The notes: generated by a model from the letters alone, not told the origin. Shown: positions 8,980 to 17,054, numbered from the stretch's first letter. The stretch is DNA of 32,000 nucleotides from Paenibacillus sp. (GCF_031177825.1 NZ_JAPSKE010000016.1:7774-39773), one strand, 5' to 3'. A program made the numbers and translations.

Positions 8980-9927
8980 ATGAACGAAATCGAGCGATAT
9001 CGCGAAGAACTCGCGCGGATCTTCGCCGAAGCGGAGAAGGACATCGCCGCTTTCCCGGACGGGCTGCGGAACCGAGCGCTGCGGCTTCTGGAGCGGAGCG
9101 ATCCGCTGCGGAGCGGCGGACGCGCGAACGCGATCAGCTACTTGCTGCCGTATTGGGCGCAGGAGCGAACGAACGGTCCGCTGGAGCTGTGCCGCGATCT
9201 GGCGATCGGAAATATCCATGCGATGCTCCGGTTTTTCCTGTTGGACGACGCGATGGACGGCGCCGCGGCGAGCCTGGAGCCGTTGCGAGAGTCGCTGGCG
9301 CTCGTTCCGCTCTTGGACGATCGGTTTCTGGAGCGGTACCGGAGACACTTCCCCGAAGATTCGATGCTGTGGAGCAGGTACCGCGTCTACCTTGAGGAAT
9401 GGGCGTCGGCCGTCTATACGGAAGGACGGAATGGTCCGATGGATCCGCGCGACGGCGGCGCGTTGGCGAGGAAGGCGGCGCCCGCGAAGATCGGCGTCTG
9501 CGGCATGCTGCTGCGCGCGGGGCAAGCGGAGCGCCTTCCCGCGACGGAGGAAGCCGTCGAGCTGGCGTTAGCGGCGCTTCAGCTGTCCGACGATCGAGCG
9601 GATTGGCGGGAAGACTTGCGCGTCGCGAACGGCAGCGGCAACGCCTTCCTGACGATCGTTCGAGAGCGTCTGCCCGTTTGGCCGGTCGACGAGTCCGAAG
9701 TCCGGAAAGCGATGTACAACCATGGCGTCTTCGATCGCCTCGCGGACATCGCAGACGGCTACGTCGAACGGTTGGGACGGATGGCCGACGCGCCGGGCGG
9801 GCTCGTCCGATTCGCTCAGGATATCGCCCGAAGCCTGCGGGGAGAGGCCGAAGACGCGGCGGCCTCGAGACGGCGGCTGGCCCTTGAGGGCGGATTCGCT
9901 TACTTCTTGTCGAAAATGGAAGAATAA
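8980..9927 (+). CDS. Class-I isoprenoid-synthase-fold protein (ComQ / polyprenyl- or squalene-phytoene-synthase-like); candidate peptide prenyltransferase
   Basis: A 315-aa, predominantly helical-looking protein with two Asp-rich motifs at the spacing expected for class-I isoprenoid enzymes. The first is LRFFLLDDAMDG (DDxxD, around residue 88). The second is AALQLSDDRADWREDL (DDxxD, resembling the LQL.N..RD..ED motif of SQS/PSY enzymes, around residue 203). It lies immediately upstream of a small peptide gene. The assignment rests on motifs only. Confidence 0.55.
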   Translation: MNEIERYREELARIFAEAEKDIAAFPDGLRNRALRLLERSDPLRSGGRANAISYLLPYWAQERTNGPLELCRDLAIGNIHAMLRFFLLDDAMDGAAASLEPLRESLALVPLLDDRFLERYRRHFPEDSMLWSRYRVYLEEWASAVYTEGRNGPMDPRDGGALARKAAPAKIGVCGMLLRAGQAERLPATEEAVELALAALQLSDDRADWREDLRVANGSGNAFLTIVRERLPVWPVDESEVRKAMYNHGVFDRLADIADGYVERLGRMADAPGGLVRFAQDIARSLRGEAEDAAASRRRLALEGGFAYFLSKMEE

Positions 9928-9928
9928 T

Positions 9929-9957
9929 AGGACAATATTACCAATTCGGTGTATGAT
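9929..9957 (+). promoter_or_regulatory. Candidate sigma-A promoter dedicated to the precursor-peptide gene
   Basis: AGGACA (9929-9934), a 17-nt spacer, then TATGAT (9952-9957). It lies in the AT-rich 70-bp gap between the enzyme stop and the peptide RBS (AAAGGGGAAA). Confidence 0.35.
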
Positions 9958-9997
9958 AGTAGGGCTAGTTTATTTTCCGAAAAGGGGAAACAGCCTT

Positions 9998-10243
9998 ATG
10001 TCTATGGACTCATTGAAAGTGAAAATTATCCAGAAAGCCTGGGAAGACCCGCAATTTAAGACGCAGCTGCTGTCCGATCCGAAGAGCGCGCTGGAAGCTA
10101 CGTTCGGCGTCAAGCTCCCGGAGGGCATCGAGCTCAAAGCGGTGGAGGAGACGCCGACGCAATTTTATTTAGTCCTGCCGCCCAACCCGGCCGATTTGAA
10201 GAGCGACGGCGGGTCGGACGAAGTGCAGTACGTATGGAGCTAG
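9998..10243 (+). CDS. NHLP (nitrile-hydratase-leader-peptide) family RiPP precursor, 81 aa, with Gly-Gly site and 9-residue Trp-containing C-terminal core
   Basis: Translation: MSMDSLKVKIIQKAWEDPQFKTQLLSDPKSALEATFGVKLPEGIELKAVEETPTQFYLVLPPNPADLKSDGG-SDEVQYVWS. The stretch KIIQKAWEDP.FK..LLSDPK.ALE..FGV.LPEGIELK.VEET...FYLVLP is the canonical NHLP leader. The ATG at 9998 follows an RBS, and the longer listed ORF (9722) only overlaps the upstream gene. Codon usage is visibly more AT-rich than the neighbours. Confidence 0.8.
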   Translation: MSMDSLKVKIIQKAWEDPQFKTQLLSDPKSALEATFGVKLPEGIELKAVEETPTQFYLVLPPNPADLKSDGGSDEVQYVWS

Positions 10244-12129
10244 TCCTGCCCGATCCGAGGGAACCGAACGATCGCTTCGGTTCCTTCGCCTTTCTCGCTG
10301 CGAAACTCGAGGGTGCCATTCATCACTTCGATGATTCGGAATGTGACCATGAGCCCGAGTCCGGTCCCCTTGGTTTTCGTAGAAAAATACGGCTCGCCGA
10401 GCTTAGCGATCTGTTCCGTATCCATGCCCGACCCGTTATCCGCGATCCGAATGACGATCTCGGCCCCTTCCGCGTAAGCCTGCACCTCTATCTTCCCCTG
10501 CGCTTGGAACGACTCGATGCTGTTCTTCATCATATTGATCATCGCTTGCTTAAACTTGGAGACGTTGCCTAGCATGAGGAGACGATCGGATGCATGGACG
10601 TGAAGCGTTCCCCCGTGCAGGGTCACCATCGGCACCATAATCGTCTCGATATTGCGCAATTCTTGCTTGACGTCCATCGGCGCGACCGTGTCCTGCTCGG
10701 GCCTCGCGAACGTCAGGAAATCCGAAATGATGACGGACGCCCGATCCAACTCGCTAATGGCCAACGTGTAATGCCCTTTGGTATCTTCGCCGGCCTTGCG
10801 TAATAACAGCTGTAAGAAGCCCCTCGTCACCTGCAGCGGATTGCGGATTTCATGCGCGATCGACGCGGCCAAATCGCTAATGATCCGCATTCGCTCCGTC
10901 TTCTGCAGCTGGCGGCCGTGCAGCTCCAGCTCCCTCGAGTAGGCGAGCAGCGTGGAATAATCGGCGGCGATTCTGCGAACTAATGCGAGGACGAGGCTAA
11001 GGATCAGAAACATTAGGCCGAATTTCCACAAGAAAAACACATGCGGCCGATGAAGGACGGATAGCAAGACCAGATCGGCAATGCCGGACAAAGCGAATCC
11101 GAGAATGCCGCCCGAGAGAATAAGAGAATCCCGGTTCCCCCGGAACGCATTCCGAAACGCGAGCCCGATCGTAACGAGCAGTTGCAGCGCAATGAGCGGA
11201 GCCAGGATGTAAAACGTAAACAGCTTGTAGAAAAAGTAAAACGATTCGCCGACCCAAAGATGCGCGATCAAAACCAGGAAGCAGAATAGGTAGTAGCCGG
11301 CGAGCCATCGGACGGGCTTCTGAAAGAAGGCTGCCGATTTTTCGTTAAGATGGGTCGCGAAATAAAAGAGCGACGGAAACAAGATCAGCATGGATGCGTC
11401 GAATACGAAAAGCAGCAGCCGCCCGAGCTCCGGATAATAATAGAAGGGCAAGGACGAATAAGAAGCGATCAGCGTGCCCGTGGATAGGACGAACAGGCTG
11501 AGCGCCGCCGCATGTTTCCGATGCTTCCACAGCGAAAGTCCGGCAACCGCAAGCATGACGATGCCGAGGAACGAGATCGCGGCTCCGAACAATAGGTTCG
11601 GCATCTCCCTGCGTACGTTGTCCGACGACAAGGCTTCGAAAGCCCCGACGCGAACGGGGCTGGCGATTCCGGCGCGTTCCTTCGATTCGATTCGGATCAG
11701 GATCTCGCTCGCCTCGGAATTCGCCGTAAGCGGAACGAGCGCAATGTTACGTTCGAAATCGTAGCCGCGCGAAGCGCGAAAGATCGCTTCCCCGTTCTCG
11801 TATACGGCGTAGTCGAGTCCGTATAATCGCTGAATATACAGCCCCGGGCTTCGCCATTCGGAAGACGCCGGCACGGTCAGCCGGATCCATGCTCCGACGG
11901 CGCCGTCCGGAATCGTAGTGAGGGGACGGGTCACGGTCGCGGAATGCCAAGAACCGTTCGTAACGGGCGGTTCGCCGCGCGGCTCCGATGCGTCGATCCA
12001 ACGGACGTCCCATTCCGTAACGGTCGTCTCGGAGACGATCGGCCGCTCCGCCTTCGGCAGGCCGAACCAAACGGCAAGTACGGCGCCGCATAACAGGAGT
12101 AAAACGATAGGAATTCGAAACGTTTGCAT
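10240..12129 (-). CDS. Membrane receptor histidine kinase: extracytoplasmic 7TMR-DISMED2-like domain, about 7 TM helices, and a HisKA + HATPase_c core; no cognate response regulator adjacent
   Basis: N-terminal signal/TM, then a ~170-aa extracellular domain, then multiple hydrophobic helices. H-box: ISDLAASIAHEIRNPLQVTRGFLQLL. N-box: INMMKNSIESF. G1: IRIADNGSGM. G2: TKGTGLGLMV. RBS AGAGGTG precedes the ATG at 12129. Confidence 0.85.
   Translation of the reverse strand: MQTFRIPIVLLLLCGAVLAVWFGLPKAERPIVSETTVTEWDVRWIDASEPRGEPPVTNGSWHSATVTRPLTTIPDGAVGAWIRLTVPASSEWRSPGLYIQRLYGLDYAVYENGEAIFRASRGYDFERNIALVPLTANSEASEILIRIESKERAGIASPVRVGAFEALSSDNVRREMPNLLFGAAISFLGIVMLAVAGLSLWKHRKHAAALSLFVLSTGTLIASYSSLPFYYYPELGRLLLFVFDASMLILFPSLFYFATHLNEKSAAFFQKPVRWLAGYYLFCFLVLIAHLWVGESFYFFYKLFTFYILAPLIALQLLVTIGLAFRNAFRGNRDSLILSGGILGFALSGIADLVLLSVLHRPHVFFLWKFGLMFLILSLVLALVRRIAADYSTLLAYSRELELHGRQLQKTERMRIISDLAASIAHEIRNPLQVTRGFLQLLLRKAGEDTKGHYTLAISELDRASVIISDFLTFARPEQDTVAPMDVKQELRNIETIMVPMVTLHGGTLHVHASDRLLMLGNVSKFKQAMINMMKNSIESFQAQGKIEVQAYAEGAEIVIRIADNGSGMDTEQIAKLGEPYFSTKTKGTGLGLMVTFRIIEVMNGTLEFRSEKGEGTEAIVRFPRIGQD
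10260..10296 (+). terminator. Possible + strand terminator for the peptide transcript, embedded in the 3' end of the convergent kinase CDS
   Basis: A 9-bp stem GGAACCGAA (10260-10268) / TTCGGTTCC (10276-10284) with loop CGATCGC, followed by the T-rich TTCGCCTTTCTC. Confidence 0.3.
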
Positions 12130-12153
12130 GTTGCACCTCTAGAAGAAATACGA

Positions 12154-12181
12154 ACTATAAGGATACCTACCTTTTCGACAA
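12154..12181 (-). promoter_or_regulatory. Candidate sigma-A promoter of the kinase gene
   Basis: On the minus strand: TTGTCG (12181-12176), a 16-nt spacer, then TATAGT (12159-12154), about 25 nt upstream of the RBS. Confidence 0.4.
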
Positions 12182-12300
12182 GATTCGCGTCAATCCTGTT
12201 TCTTTCGACGAAAGATTGAGAAACTTTCCCAACTGCGAAGCTTCGACCGCGACTTCGGTTGCTTGCGGCGCCTCGATTCTGATACACTTTCGATAATATA

Positions 12301-12318
12301 TTATTGATTCATCACTAA
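12301..12318. promoter_or_regulatory. TetR operator copy 1 (upstream of the TetR gene)
   Basis: TTATTGATTCATCACTAA is an imperfect copy of the palindrome found twice downstream of the TetR gene. It sits 20 nt before the TetR start. Confidence 0.55.
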
Positions 12319-12338
12319 CAGGGGGGAGGCTGGACGCT

Positions 12339-12860
12339 ATGGCGAAGAGCGACACGGCTTCGGTAAACCGAAGGACGGACATTGTTTCGGCCGCGATCGA
12401 GGTATTTGCGGAGTCAGGGTATTACCGCACGACGACGATGCAGGTGGCCAAGCGGGCGGGGATATCGCAGCCGTATATTTTTCGGTTTTTCGCGACCAAG
12501 GAGGAGCTGCTGCTTGCCGCATTGGAAGCGTCTTGGCAGCGAATCGCCGACGCCTTCCGCCAAGTCGTCGCGACCGCGTCGCCCGATCGATTGGAGAGGG
12601 AGCTGATCGCCGCTTACGAAGAAATCATGACGGCGCGCCGCTCGGAGACGCTGCTCCAGATGCAGGCGCAGACGATGCGGGACGAGCCGATCCGTACGGC
12701 GATGCAGTCGGGCTTAAGAGACATCCGGGGGATCGTTCTGGAGGCGTTCAAAGACCGCGGGCTGCCGAATCCGGAGGAGCGCGCAAAGCTGTTCTTGGCG
12801 AAGGGGATGTTGTGCAACGTATCGATGGCCTTGGATCTGCCGGAGCTGATGGAGGGGTGA
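12339..12860 (+). CDS. TetR/AcrR-family transcriptional repressor
   Basis: N-terminal HTH: RRTDIVSAAIEVFAESGYYRTTTMQVAKRAGISQPYIFRFFATKEELL. RBS GGGGGGAGG lies upstream of the ATG. Confidence 0.9.
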   Translation: MAKSDTASVNRRTDIVSAAIEVFAESGYYRTTTMQVAKRAGISQPYIFRFFATKEELLLAALEASWQRIADAFRQVVATASPDRLERELIAAYEEIMTARRSETLLQMQAQTMRDEPIRTAMQSGLRDIRGIVLEAFKDRGLPNPEERAKLFLAKGMLCNVSMALDLPELMEG

Positions 12861-12887
12861 GAAGGAGGCCTCTCTTTTATCGAAAAA

Positions 12888-12952
12888 TAGTGATTGATCA
12901 ATCACTAACAATGCTGTATATTGATTTCGAGGAGTTAGTGATTGATCAATAA
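12888..12952 (+). promoter_or_regulatory. Promoter of the SDR gene flanked or overlapped by two TetR operator palindromes
   Basis: A perfect 20-bp palindrome TAGTGATTGATCAATCACTA spans 12888-12907. The -35 TTGATC (12894-12899) lies inside it, followed by a 17-nt spacer and -10 TATATT (12917-12922). A second copy, TTAGTGATTGATCAATAA, is at 12935-12952. Confidence 0.6.
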
Positions 12953-12974
12953 CAAATCAAGTGGAGGTCGAAGG

Positions 12975-13925
12975 ATGAAAAAGGCAATCGTACTTGGCGC
13001 GACCGGCGGAACCGGCGCCGCCATCGTGGAGGAGCTCGTGAATCGGGGCGTGAACGTCGTAGCGTTCGGGCGTTCCCGCGCCAAGCTGGAGTCGTTCGCG
13101 GCTAGGTTGGGTCATCCGAAGCATCTGACGCTGGCCGTCGGGGACGCGTTCCGGGCGGAGGACATCGAGGCGGCTTCGATTGGCGCGGACGTCCTGTTTC
13201 ATTGCGCGAACGTGCCGTACCATGAGATGGCGGCGCGCTTGCTGCCGCTCGGCGAAGCGGTGATGTTGGCCGCCGATCGGCTCGGGTTGAAGGCGGTCGT
13301 CGTAGATGGGATTTATCCGTACGGAAGAAGGCAGGCGGAGTGGATCGACGAAGATCACCCGAAGGAGCCTCATACGCGAAAAGGCCGAATCCGGCTGCAG
13401 TTCGCCCGAATGATATTCGACAGCCGCTGGCAGCGCGCCAGGCCTCTCATCGTCCGATTGCCGGACTATTACGGTCCTACGGCGAACCAAGCTTCGTATC
13501 TGGGGGGCACGCTCGAAGCGGTCGCGAAGGGAAAGATCGGGTTCTTCATCGGGAACATGCGGGTGCCGCGCGAATATGTGTATTTGCCGGATGCGGCTCG
13601 CATGACGGTGGACATCGCCCTTCGCGAAGACGCCTACGGCGAAGAATGGAACATCCCCGGGGCCGGCGTCATCTCGGGGAACGAGATCGTCCGGCTCGCG
13701 AGGAAGGCGGCGGGATCGACGAAATCCGTCATCCCGTTGGGAAAGATCGGCTTATCGATCTTGGGAGCGTTCGCTCCGGTCATGAAGGAAGTGGTGGAGA
13801 TGTTGTACCTTACGACGGAGCCGCTCCGCCTCAGCAGGGAAAAGTACGAGCGGCGCATCGGGCCGGTCCCGGCGACAGATTTCGAAGAGGGCATCGCCGA
13901 AACGGTTCGTCGGTTGAAGGTATAG
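12975..13925 (+). CDS. NAD(P)-dependent epimerase/dehydratase-type (atypical SDR) oxidoreductase
   Basis: Rossmann motif MKKAIVLGATGGTGAAIVEEL directly follows RBS GTGGAGG. The listed start at 12942 lies inside the operator and is unlikely. Confidence 0.8.
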   Translation: MKKAIVLGATGGTGAAIVEELVNRGVNVVAFGRSRAKLESFAARLGHPKHLTLAVGDAFRAEDIEAASIGADVLFHCANVPYHEMAARLLPLGEAVMLAADRLGLKAVVVDGIYPYGRRQAEWIDEDHPKEPHTRKGRIRLQFARMIFDSRWQRARPLIVRLPDYYGPTANQASYLGGTLEAVAKGKIGFFIGNMRVPREYVYLPDAARMTVDIALREDAYGEEWNIPGAGVISGNEIVRLARKAAGSTKSVIPLGKIGLSILGAFAPVMKEVVEMLYLTTEPLRLSREKYERRIGPVPATDFEEGIAETVRRLKV

Positions 13926-13932
13926 GAGGCGT

Positions 13933-14286
13933 CTAAGCGGCACGGATGTTGCGGACGACGTTCGCGAAGAACAGGATCGTGCCGAGTACGATCAGTACGC
14001 CTCCGATCGGAACGAACAAGAGGAGCCCGGTCGCGCCGAAGATTAGCGCGGTCAATCCGCCCATCATGAGCGGCACGCCGATGTTATGCATCCAGAAGTG
14101 AAGCTTCCCAAGCAACCCTGCCGCCTCAGGGAACCGGCAATAGACCAGCCCCCCGATCGCCATGGACACCCATCCGATCAAGTTCAGATGCACGTGGACC
14201 GGGCTTAGCTCATAATGATCGGTCATCGACATCCCCATGCCCATGACGACGCCGACGACAAAGTAAAACGATGCGATTTGCAGCAT
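13933..14286 (-). CDS. Small integral membrane protein (about 4 TM), function unknown
   Basis: From MLQIASFYFVVGVVMGMGM the product is almost entirely hydrophobic helices. RBS GGGAG lies 5 nt before the ATG at 14286. The listed upstream extension to 14343 would overlap the cupin gene. Confidence 0.6.
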   Translation of the reverse strand: MLQIASFYFVVGVVMGMGMSMTDHYELSPVHVHLNLIGWVSMAIGGLVYCRFPEAAGLLGKLHFWMHNIGVPLMMGGLTALIFGATGLLLFVPIGGVLIVLGTILFFANVVRNIRAA

Positions 14287-14333
14287 GCGAACTCCCAATT
14301 TCAAACAAATCATCCTTTCCTTTCGCCGATAAA

Positions 14334-14891
14334 TTACCTGCAATAGGTCCGCAGCAGACGTTCTTCCACGCCCAGCCGTTTCGCGATCGCGTAGAGCGAA
14401 CCGAATATCGCCTTCTGCAGCCAGATCGGGATGCCGCTTATAAACGACTCTCCGAGTACGAATAGGACGGCCATCTCGAGCGCGTTGCGGGGGATGCCGC
14501 TCTTCGGGTGCACTCTCCCGTCCCGGGCCAGCCCGTAAGCGATTCGCAGCATCGGTTCGAATCGCCTAGCCGGCTCGATCTTCGTATAAAATACGATCGG
14601 GTCCGGACCCGGATTGAAAAATCGGTGTTTCGTCCCCGGCGGCGCCGAGACGGTCTCCCCGGGACGCAAGCTGCGCAGCAAGCCGTCCACCTCCAGGTGG
14701 AGCTCGCCCTCGACCGCCTCGAAATGTTCCGAATACGTCTGATGATAATGAAGACCGTTGCCGCCCCCCGGGGCCAGTTCCACCTTCACATATTCATAGG
14801 AGCCTCCGGACTCCGCCGCCGTCGTCAGGAAGGTGACCCGGTCTCGAACGAGGGGATTCTCGATAGTCCTCGGCATTGCATGCTGGTTCAA
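14334..14891 (-). CDS. Cupin-domain protein
   Basis: Two cupin motifs: GGGNGLHYHQTYSEHFEAVEG and GETVSAPPGTKHRFFN. A TTG start at 14891 sits 9 nt after AAGGAGG. Confidence 0.75.
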   Translation of the reverse strand: MNQHAMPRTIENPLVRDRVTFLTTAAESGGSYEYVKVELAPGGGNGLHYHQTYSEHFEAVEGELHLEVDGLLRSLRPGETVSAPPGTKHRFFNPGPDPIVFYTKIEPARRFEPMLRIAYGLARDGRVHPKSGIPRNALEMAVLFVLGESFISGIPIWLQKAIFGSLYAIAKRLGVEERLLRTYCR

Positions 14892-15007
14892 GTTACTTCG
14901 CCTCCTTTCCCTATTACCTTAGCAAGGATTCGAACGTTCGCGTACTATACCCAGGTATAATTTGTGAGTATACTTGGGGTAATGATGGAATCGGGCGGGG
15001 GAAGACG

Positions 15008-17041
15008 ATGGGGATCGATGAGAGGGAGGACGCCTTCCTCGTCGGGAGGGAGAGGGAGAGGGCGCTGTTCGAGCGGTTTCTGAACGGAGATGGGGAATGC
15101 AAGCCGGTGTGGAGCCTGTACGGGACCGGGGGCGTCGGCAAGAGCACCTTGCTGGATGCGTTCCGTAGACAGGCGAGCAGGCGCGGGGCAGCGTTCTTCC
15201 TGCTGGACAGCCGGGAGGTCGGCCGGACCGGGGAAGCGTTCTGCGCGGCGTTGCTTGCCAGGATGGACCCTTCCTACGGAAAAGGCGAAACGAACGGCAC
15301 CGCGCTCGACCGCGTCCTGGAACGAGTGCACCGACTGGCGTCGCAAGGCAAGGTCGTGCTCGCGATCGACACCTTCGAGGAGATAAGCTTCATGGAAAGC
15401 TGGCTTCGCGACGACTTCCTGCGCAGGCTGCCCCCGGAAGCGTTAGTCCTGCTGTCGGGGCGGTATCCGCTGCGAGGGCAGTGGCTAACGTCTCCGGCAT
15501 GGCGGGAACGAACGCGCTGGCTCTCGATCGAACATCTGGCGAAAGAAGAGGTGTTGGATTACGCGGGGAAGTGCGGTCTGACCGGGCCTGGGCAGGGGGA
15601 GCGGCTGTGGGAACGGACGCAAGGCCACGGTCTCTCGCTTGCGCTGGCCGTCGCGGCGGAACAAATCGGCGGCGGAGGGCTGTTGGACTCCTCGGGCTGG
15701 TCTTCGGAGCTGGCCGCCCTATGGTTGAAGGAGGTGCCGGACGAGGAGCGACGCGATTTGATCGAGGCCGCTTCGATGCTGCGGTACTTCAATCAGGAGC
15801 TGTTGGAACATATTACGGAGCGCCGCGTCGGCGCGGCCGCCTTCTCCGACATCGCGGCGTTGAGCTTCGTCCGGAAAACCGGGAACGGTTGGCGATTGCA
15901 CGACTTGATGAGGGAATCGACGCGCGCGCAGCTCAGGGAACGGGCGCCGGAAAAGTATCGGAAGCTCGTCGAACGCTGCGTCCTCTATTACGCGACGCTC
16001 ATTCGGGAGTCTTACCGGAAGCGGGACGTCGCCGCCGAAGTGGGGGAACTGTTTTATTATATCGGCGATCAGAACATCCGGGCGTTCTTGAATGCCGCGG
16101 AAGAGCAGGAATATATGTGGGAGCCGCTGTCGACGGCCAACCTGAAGGAGGGGGTTCGGTACTTGCGGCGACGCCGGGACGATGCGAAGCCGGTCATCCG
16201 CAGGGGCGTCGATCCGGCCACGGGAGAGCTGCTGGAGCTAACGCTGAGCAAGGAGGAGATGCTGTATCCGATCGCCGGACTCGATTTGGCGGAATTGGCC
16301 GAGCTGGGGCCGCATACCGTTCAACTGATGAAACGAACCGACGGGGCCGTCTGCGGCTTGTCCGCGATGATTCCGATCGGGGCGCATACGATCGAATATT
16401 TGGAGAGGGATCCGTTCTCGGGTCCGTATTTCCGAAGCTTGACGCCCGCGGAACGCGTGGCGCTCGCCGTTCCGGGCCCGGAACCGGCCGGGTGGTTCAT
16501 CCGGAGCATCGACATTCTGGATTGGCACGATTCCTCAATGCTCCTGGAGGCCGGGTCGCAAATGTACAACTATATGTGCGCCGGCAAATTGTTCGTCACC
16601 GCTCCGCCCCCGTTGGAGATGTTTCGCGAGTCGCACCTGGGTCTCGGCTTTCAGCTGTTGCCGCACGTCACGCACTGCTCGTATGACGGGAAGACGCCTG
16701 CGCCCGCGTTCGTGCTCGACACTCGGGGGGAGAAGCTGGAGGCGTTCTTGAACGCGATGCTGCGCCGCATCGGCGTCGAACTGGAACCGACGCGGAACGA
16801 AGGCGCCGCCCCGGGGGAACCCGCGCGCGCTCCGGAGGAGCAGGAGCGTCGGCTCGTCGCGCTCGGGCTGACGGAGCGGGAACGGGAGGTGGCGCGGCTC
16901 GTCATCGACGGCAGCTCGAACGCCGACATCGCGGCGCGCCTGTTCGTCACCGAAATTACGGTAAAGAAGCACTTAAGCTCGGTGTATGCGAAGACGCAAG
17001 TCAAGAATCGCGGGCAATTGATTAAGGCCATCTTGCAATGA
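15008..17041 (+). CDS. P-loop NTPase (STAND-like) with C-terminal LuxR/GerE HTH transcriptional regulator
   Basis: Walker A: LYGTGGVGKSTLL. Walker B: VVLAIDTFEE. C-terminal HTH: LTEREREVARLVIDGSSNADIAARLFVTEITVKKHLSSVYAKTQV. The ATG at 15008 follows GGGGGAAG. The listed start at 14876 overlaps the divergent cupin gene and is rejected. Confidence 0.8.
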   Translation: MGIDEREDAFLVGRERERALFERFLNGDGECKPVWSLYGTGGVGKSTLLDAFRRQASRRGAAFFLLDSREVGRTGEAFCAALLARMDPSYGKGETNGTALDRVLERVHRLASQGKVVLAIDTFEEISFMESWLRDDFLRRLPPEALVLLSGRYPLRGQWLTSPAWRERTRWLSIEHLAKEEVLDYAGKCGLTGPGQGERLWERTQGHGLSLALAVAAEQIGGGGLLDSSGWSSELAALWLKEVPDEERRDLIEAASMLRYFNQELLEHITERRVGAAAFSDIAALSFVRKTGNGWRLHDLMRESTRAQLRERAPEKYRKLVERCVLYYATLIRESYRKRDVAAEVGELFYYIGDQNIRAFLNAAEEQEYMWEPLSTANLKEGVRYLRRRRDDAKPVIRRGVDPATGELLELTLSKEEMLYPIAGLDLAELAELGPHTVQLMKRTDGAVCGLSAMIPIGAHTIEYLERDPFSGPYFRSLTPAERVALAVPGPEPAGWFIRSIDILDWHDSSMLLEAGSQMYNYMCAGKLFVTAPPPLEMFRESHLGLGFQLLPHVTHCSYDGKTPAPAFVLDTRGEKLEAFLNAMLRRIGVELEPTRNEGAAPGEPARAPEEQERRLVALGLTEREREVARLVIDGSSNADIAARLFVTEITVKKHLSSVYAKTQVKNRGQLIKAILQ

Positions 17042-17054
17042 AGGAGGACTCGGA

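Noticed and set aside
8431-9525. 364-aa minus-strand ORF spanning the TerC 3' end, its terminator and the isoprenoid-synthase-like gene
   Set aside because: It runs straight through a strong + strand terminator and an intergenic region. Its translation is Arg/Pro/Gln-rich with no motifs. This is a GC-bias artefact.
14876-15007. Listed upstream extension of the P-loop/LuxR ORF (start at 14876)
   Set aside because: It would overlap the divergent cupin gene start and its RBS, and it encodes implausible sequence. The ATG at 15008 with an upstream purine-rich tract begins the conserved region.
15481-16686. 401-aa alternative-frame + strand ORF inside the P-loop/LuxR regulator gene
   Set aside because: Its translation is Arg/Gly/Ala-rich. 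The overlapping frame carries Walker A/B and LuxR HTH motifs and is clearly the real one.
15008-17041. Considered whether the STAND-like NTPase next to the phage-tail cluster is an Avs/antiphage STAND defence protein
   Set aside because: It ends in a LuxR-type DNA-binding HTH rather than a nuclease, protease, TIR or other effector domain. It is also coupled to an MFS transporter. It is more consistent with a MalT-like transcriptional regulator.
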